Source of the DNA: a virus
Lineage: Duplodnaviria; Caudoviricetes
Virus record (IMG/VR): IMGVR_UViG_3300043436_004117
Location: 1 to 39,207 of that record
Strand: one strand, 5' to 3'
Length of the DNA stretch: 39,207 nucleotides
Within the stretch, counting starts at the first letter, position 1. Each line of letters begins with the position of its first letter. This document shows positions 36,079 through 39,207 of this stretch, in pieces. The notes below the pieces were generated by a model. The model did no database searches. It was given only the letters and a program-made list of their open reading frames with translations, and had not been told where the DNA came from. The position numbers and the translations under genes are program-made.

Positions 36079-36328
36079 TTTTCCCTCTCTGCCAATGCGG
36101 TGCGCATCGATAGTTGTGCTGGTGGTTTTTGAACCAGAGGTCGAGACAGCGCCACACATAAGCATCGCTTCCGTGTTTCTGCGCTAGCCGTAAGTATTCC
36201 TCCGCTTCGGCTTTGCAGTCGAAATAGTGCCGATAGCCGACGCCGTCGATGACGACTATCCATTCGCCCCATTGCTCTGCCCAGTCGACATGGGGAGGCT
36301 GGATTTTATTGGTCAGTGGTTCTCGCAT
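36062..36328 (-). CDS. hypothetical protein
   Basis: RBS AGAAAGGGAA. Confidence 0.6.
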   Translation of the reverse strand: MREPLTNKIQPPHVDWAEQWGEWIVVIDGVGYRHYFDCKAEAEEYLRLAQKHGSDAYVWRCLDLWFKNHQHNYRCAPHWQRGKNESTN

Positions 36329-36515
36329 TTTTTCCCTTTCTGGATTTGCGCAACTGTTCGTCGTACCTGCGGAGCGCGCCTTTGGCTTCGAACTCGGTCG
36401 CGTAGATTTCGCATCCTCGGTAAACACCGCGATCCCACAGTTCAAGTATCCAGCGTTGCCTTGGTGACGCTGGTGGCGAGATGCGACCGCCGTCGATGTG
36501 GTTGGACTTCCTCAT
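36306..36515 (-). CDS. hypothetical protein
   Basis: ATGA coupling. Confidence 0.6.
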   Translation of the reverse strand: MRKSNHIDGGRISPPASPRQRWILELWDRGVYRGCEIYATEFEAKGALRRYDEQLRKSRKGKNARTTDQ

Positions 36516-36721
36516 CGCTTGACCGTAATCGTGAGCGAGTGGATTGGACGGAAGTTCTCGTCCGAGGTTGAGGCTGTCGCTTTGCCGTAGTAGTTGGCTA
36601 GCGCAAGCGCTCCTTCGTTGCTGGGTGAGTTCCAGCAGTCGTCGCAGAGCAGGTGCTCAGGTTGGAATTCGTAGTTCGTGCCTTCAATGGTCTGAAGTTG
36701 AGCGTGTGGTTTGATTTTCAT
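36512..36721 (-). CDS. hypothetical protein
   Basis: RBS AAAGGGGAA; CDDC motif. Confidence 0.6.
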   Translation of the reverse strand: MKIKPHAQLQTIEGTNYEFQPEHLLCDDCWNSPSNEGALALANYYGKATASTSDENFRPIHSLTITVKR

Positions 36722-36748
36722 TGGGTTCCCCTTTTGGATGTTTTTTGG

Positions 36749-36943
36749 TTAGTCGATTTCGATGCCGTTTGCTCCGCAGAGCGAAACTATCTGGGCGAGC
36801 AATCTTGATGATTCTTTGTAGTTGTCCCAATTGGCGTCGGTCTTGGCGTAGTCGTATGCGAGGCGCGTTGCGATGACTTCCTCGTGGGCGGTGACAAGCA
36901 GTGCTTGAAGTTGGGCTCTGGCAGATGTGGTGGTTGTTTTCAT
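36749..36943 (-). CDS. small helical protein, leaderless
   Basis: ATG 7 nt after the -10 of promoter copy 4. Confidence 0.65.
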   Translation of the reverse strand: MKTTTTSARAQLQALLVTAHEEVIATRLAYDYAKTDANWDNYKESSRLLAQIVSLCGANGIEID

Positions 36944-36950
36944 AATCCCC

Positions 36951-36979
36951 ACGATAGCCGACTGTGGTAGGCACATCAA
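36951..36979 (-). promoter_or_regulatory. promoter with dyad in spacer (copy 4)
   Basis: TTGATG-tGCCTACcacaGTCGGC-TATCGT. Confidence 0.78.
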
Positions 36980-37192
36980 CTAGCGCCTCCTTGAGCCAAG
37001 GGCTAGAAAGGCGCGGTCAAAGGCCAGCGACGATCGTTCCTCGTTGATTACGGCTCTGGCCTCGTCGGGTGTGGATAGCCCCTCCGCGATTGGGTGGGCG
37101 TCTGGGTGGGCGTGGACATCGTAGTAGCCGTCAAAGCACCAGATTATGAAGCCTCGATAATTCCAGCGTTGCCCGTCGTAGTGCTTGCTCAT
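36980..37192 (-). CDS. hypothetical protein (~70 aa)
   Basis: ATGA coupling; YRGFII motif. Confidence 0.65.
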   Translation of the reverse strand: MSKHYDGQRWNYRGFIIWCFDGYYDVHAHPDAHPIAEGLSTPDEARAVINEERSSLAFDRAFLALGSRRR

Positions 37193-37389
37193 TGAATGGC
37201 CTTTCTCACGACAGAGCAGATAGCCACCTGCGCTGAACGCTTGGTCTTGTAAATGCGTGGGTGGTGGCAAAAGCCTTCTCGCAGGTCGATTACCTTCCAG
37301 CCGTTTTCGACGCGCGTGATGGGAAACATCGACAGGTCTTTGCAGTCCAGAATCAACTGGTTGATGGGCGAGTGAGTCTTCGTCATCAC
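37189..37389 (-). CDS. hypothetical protein
   Basis: 4-nt overlaps on both sides. Confidence 0.6.
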   Translation of the reverse strand: MMTKTHSPINQLILDCKDLSMFPITRVENGWKVIDLREGFCHHPRIYKTKRSAQVAICSVVRKAIQ

Positions 37390-37751
37390 TTGCCTGCCTT
37401 GAGTGAATCAACTGCGGCGTACAAGCGGTCGAGGACTTCTTCAGGCTCCGACCAATTGTGGTCTGGGCAATAGAAGTATGAGAATGCCTCTGCAAAGGCT
37501 TCTATGACATCTGGCAGTGCTTCTTTCTTGGTCTTGAATCGTGTGCGCCATCGCTTTAGGTGAGCAAGGTTTAATCCGAACTGTGCGCACCACTCTTCAA
37601 TCGGCGTGCCGTGAATTGTTACCGCGCTGATTTCCCAATGGCTGACCCTCTCATTCACGGTATGCACAGGTGCGTTCTGGTTTTCGTGGCTGGACTTGAC
37701 CAATTCAATCGCGATTGCGTTGGTGGCTAGTTCTAGGTAGTTGGTTTCCAT
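37386..37751 (-). CDS. hypothetical protein, leaderless
   Basis: ATG 7 nt after the -10 of promoter copy 5. Confidence 0.7.
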   Translation of the reverse strand: METNYLELATNAIAIELVKSSHENQNAPVHTVNERVSHWEISAVTIHGTPIEEWCAQFGLNLAHLKRWRTRFKTKKEALPDVIEAFAEAFSYFYCPDHNWSEPEEVLDRLYAAVDSLKAGK

Positions 37752-37758
37752 AGTTCCG

Positions 37759-37787
37759 AGAGTAGCCGATTGGAGTCGGCACATCAA
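37759..37787 (-). promoter_or_regulatory. promoter with dyad in spacer (copy 5)
   Basis: TTGATG-tGCCGACtccaATCGGC-TACTCT. Confidence 0.8.
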
Positions 37788-37829
37788 CCCAATGTGGCTG
37801 GGTTGCCTTGGGCTACGGACAAATCGGCG

Positions 37830-37930
37830 CTTATGTTCAAAATGAACGCAAAAACGGCAACATGAAGCCCATATGTGCGACATGAGCAACTAATGCGCCA
37901 CATGAGGCACATATGTTCCACATGAGGCTC
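37830..37930. repeat. 20-bp-period CATGA array (island C)
   Basis: CATGA at 37861, 37881, 37901 and 37921. Confidence 0.75.
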
Positions 37931-37936
37931 AACTGT

Positions 37937-38227
37937 TCAGGTATCCAAGCGCCGTTCAGCCAAAGCCAAAAGGCCAGTCAGGGCTGATAGGGCCAAGGCG
38001 GCCAAAGGAACGCGCACGAGGCCACTGGTGGGCGCTAGAGCCAAAGCCAGCGCAGGCCAAGGGGCGACCCAGATAGAAAGGCACCAGTCGCAGGTCGAGA
38101 GGTAGCCGAGCCATTCGGAGCGTCGGCTAGCCCAAGCACGGATCGGTTCAGTTATTTTGTCGGCGGTTACCAGCCTTGTGAGGCGGTAAGTAGCCAGAGC
38201 GCCTATTGCTAGCCAAAGTGCGTCCAT
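37937..38227 (-). CDS. DUF1360-like membrane protein
   Basis: ALATYRLTRLVTADKITEPIR...CDWCLSIW. Confidence 0.8.
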   Translation of the reverse strand: MDALWLAIGALATYRLTRLVTADKITEPIRAWASRRSEWLGYLSTCDWCLSIWVAPWPALALALAPTSGLVRVPLAALALSALTGLLALAERRLDT

Positions 38228-38359
38228 TGAGGTTCCTTTCAGGGGTAGCGCAGGGGTTTGTCGCTACGGGTGGCCCTATGGTAGCGGTCGGGTGTATATC
38301 GAGGCGCACGAGGGCTTGTGGCGCGAGTTGTGGGCAATATGCGAAGCAGGTGGGCTTGT

Positions 38360-38720
38360 CATGGTGATATCACGCTGACACTCTGCATAATCTTTGATAA
38401 TCAGCGATACTTCTCGCCTTTTTGCTTGGTTTCGCTACTTTTTGGCGAAATATGCTCAATATCATGATGATATGCGATGATATTTAACAGATTATTCAAG
38501 GTTTATCGAGGTTTACCGAGATTATTCAGGGTTATCAGGGAGTTTCGCAGAGTTATTTGAAGTTATGCTCGCATATTTTGAGCATCACTCTGATTATTTG
38601 AGATTATTCGAGATTATTCGAGATTATTCGAGATTATTTAGCGTTATTTAGGGTTATTTGAGATTATTCGAGATTATTTGGGGTTATTTCGAGATAACTC
38701 CGATTATCTGAGATTATTTC
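38360..38720. repeat. ApT-rich island D with 10-bp tandem repeat
   Basis: About 13 degenerate units of AGATTATTCG at 38591-38720. Confidence 0.85.
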
Positions 38721-39207
38721 TAAATAATCCGTCGATGGACAGGCGACTGTACCGACGCCTTTTGCATCGGCTGGGGAGGAAGCAAAGTGGCGATGCAATG
38801 AACAAGGGCGTCCATACGGTCTGGCGACTTGCCTTCGCCGGGAACGAACGAAGTCATCTGGACTTCGAGCATCGGGAAGAATCCAGCGTGGTGTATCAGG
38901 CCTCGTTCGTAGAGCGCCGATATCGGTTCGGCTCGTGCGCCCTTGCTCTGTTTGGCGGTTATTTTGTCGACGCGCAGGTTTGGGTCAACCGCGTGGATGG
39001 TGGCTCGAACCATGTCGCCACCTTGATTCGATTCGACCACGACGCGCTCGGCGTTCCATTTGCGTGCGGTAGAGGCCACTCGTGCGCCCCATTCCTCTGG
39101 CCTGCCTGCGGTGCTGGCGTCCTCTAGTACCACAGCGCGGTCAATACCCGATCGCCCTTGGACTGGTGCCATAGCGACGACGATTCCGCATTCGGCGGTT
39201 TCTCCCG
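38720..39207 (-). CDS. terL: terminase large subunit, C-terminal nuclease domain (5' truncated by window)
   Basis: GIVVA, VESNQGG, KGARAEPI, SPDRMDALV; frame open to the window edge. Confidence 0.92.
   Translation of the reverse strand, partial: GETAECGIVVAMAPVQGRSGIDRAVVLEDASTAGRPEEWGARVASTARKWNAERVVVESNQGGDMVRATIHAVDPNLRVDKITAKQSKGARAEPISALYERGLIHHAGFFPMLEVQMTSFVPGEGKSPDRMDALVHCIATLLPPQPMQKASVQSPVHRRII

Noticed and set aside
38360-38720. Possible CRISPR array
   Set aside because: 10-bp degenerate tandem units without unique spacers; no cas genes
1-39207. Prophage, tRNA genes, introns or inteins
   Set aside because: No integrase, att site, host genes, cloverleaf or splicing motifs recognised; the genome is incomplete, so lifestyle is undetermined

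Overview
Most of a tailed (siphovirus-type) phage genome with actinobacteriophage architecture, almost all on the minus strand. Reading from the right end: TerL nuclease domain (truncated by the window), DUF1360-like membrane protein, a cassette of small accessory genes, portal, a MuF/ADP-ribosyltransferase fusion, a second accessory cassette with two plus-strand glycosyltransferases, a multidomain capsid maturation protease, a GT4 glycosyltransferase, separate hexamer- and pentamer-type capsid proteins, tail genes with an embedded lysis cassette and a -1 frameshift tail chaperone, tape measure, tail tip and fibres, a metallophosphoesterase cluster, ERF recombinase, a zinc metalloprotease-like protein, HNH nuclease and DNA methyltransferase. 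I see no integrase, polymerase, primase, helicase, tRNA or CRISPR array. The most unusual signals are non-coding: (1) a ~420-nt structured element (4540-4960) whose 3' end is laid out like a ColE1 RNA-primer origin; (2) a divergent ~80-nt sRNA whose loop is complementary to the phage's conserved RBS; (3) five promoters with a GCCGAC-N4-GTCGGC dyad in the spacer; (4) related 10/20-bp-phased ApT-rich repeat islands, two sharing an exact 28-bp inverted copy 31 kb apart; (5) many leaderless genes, with the upstream stop codon often doubling as the -10 box. All calls were made by eye; no database search was run.
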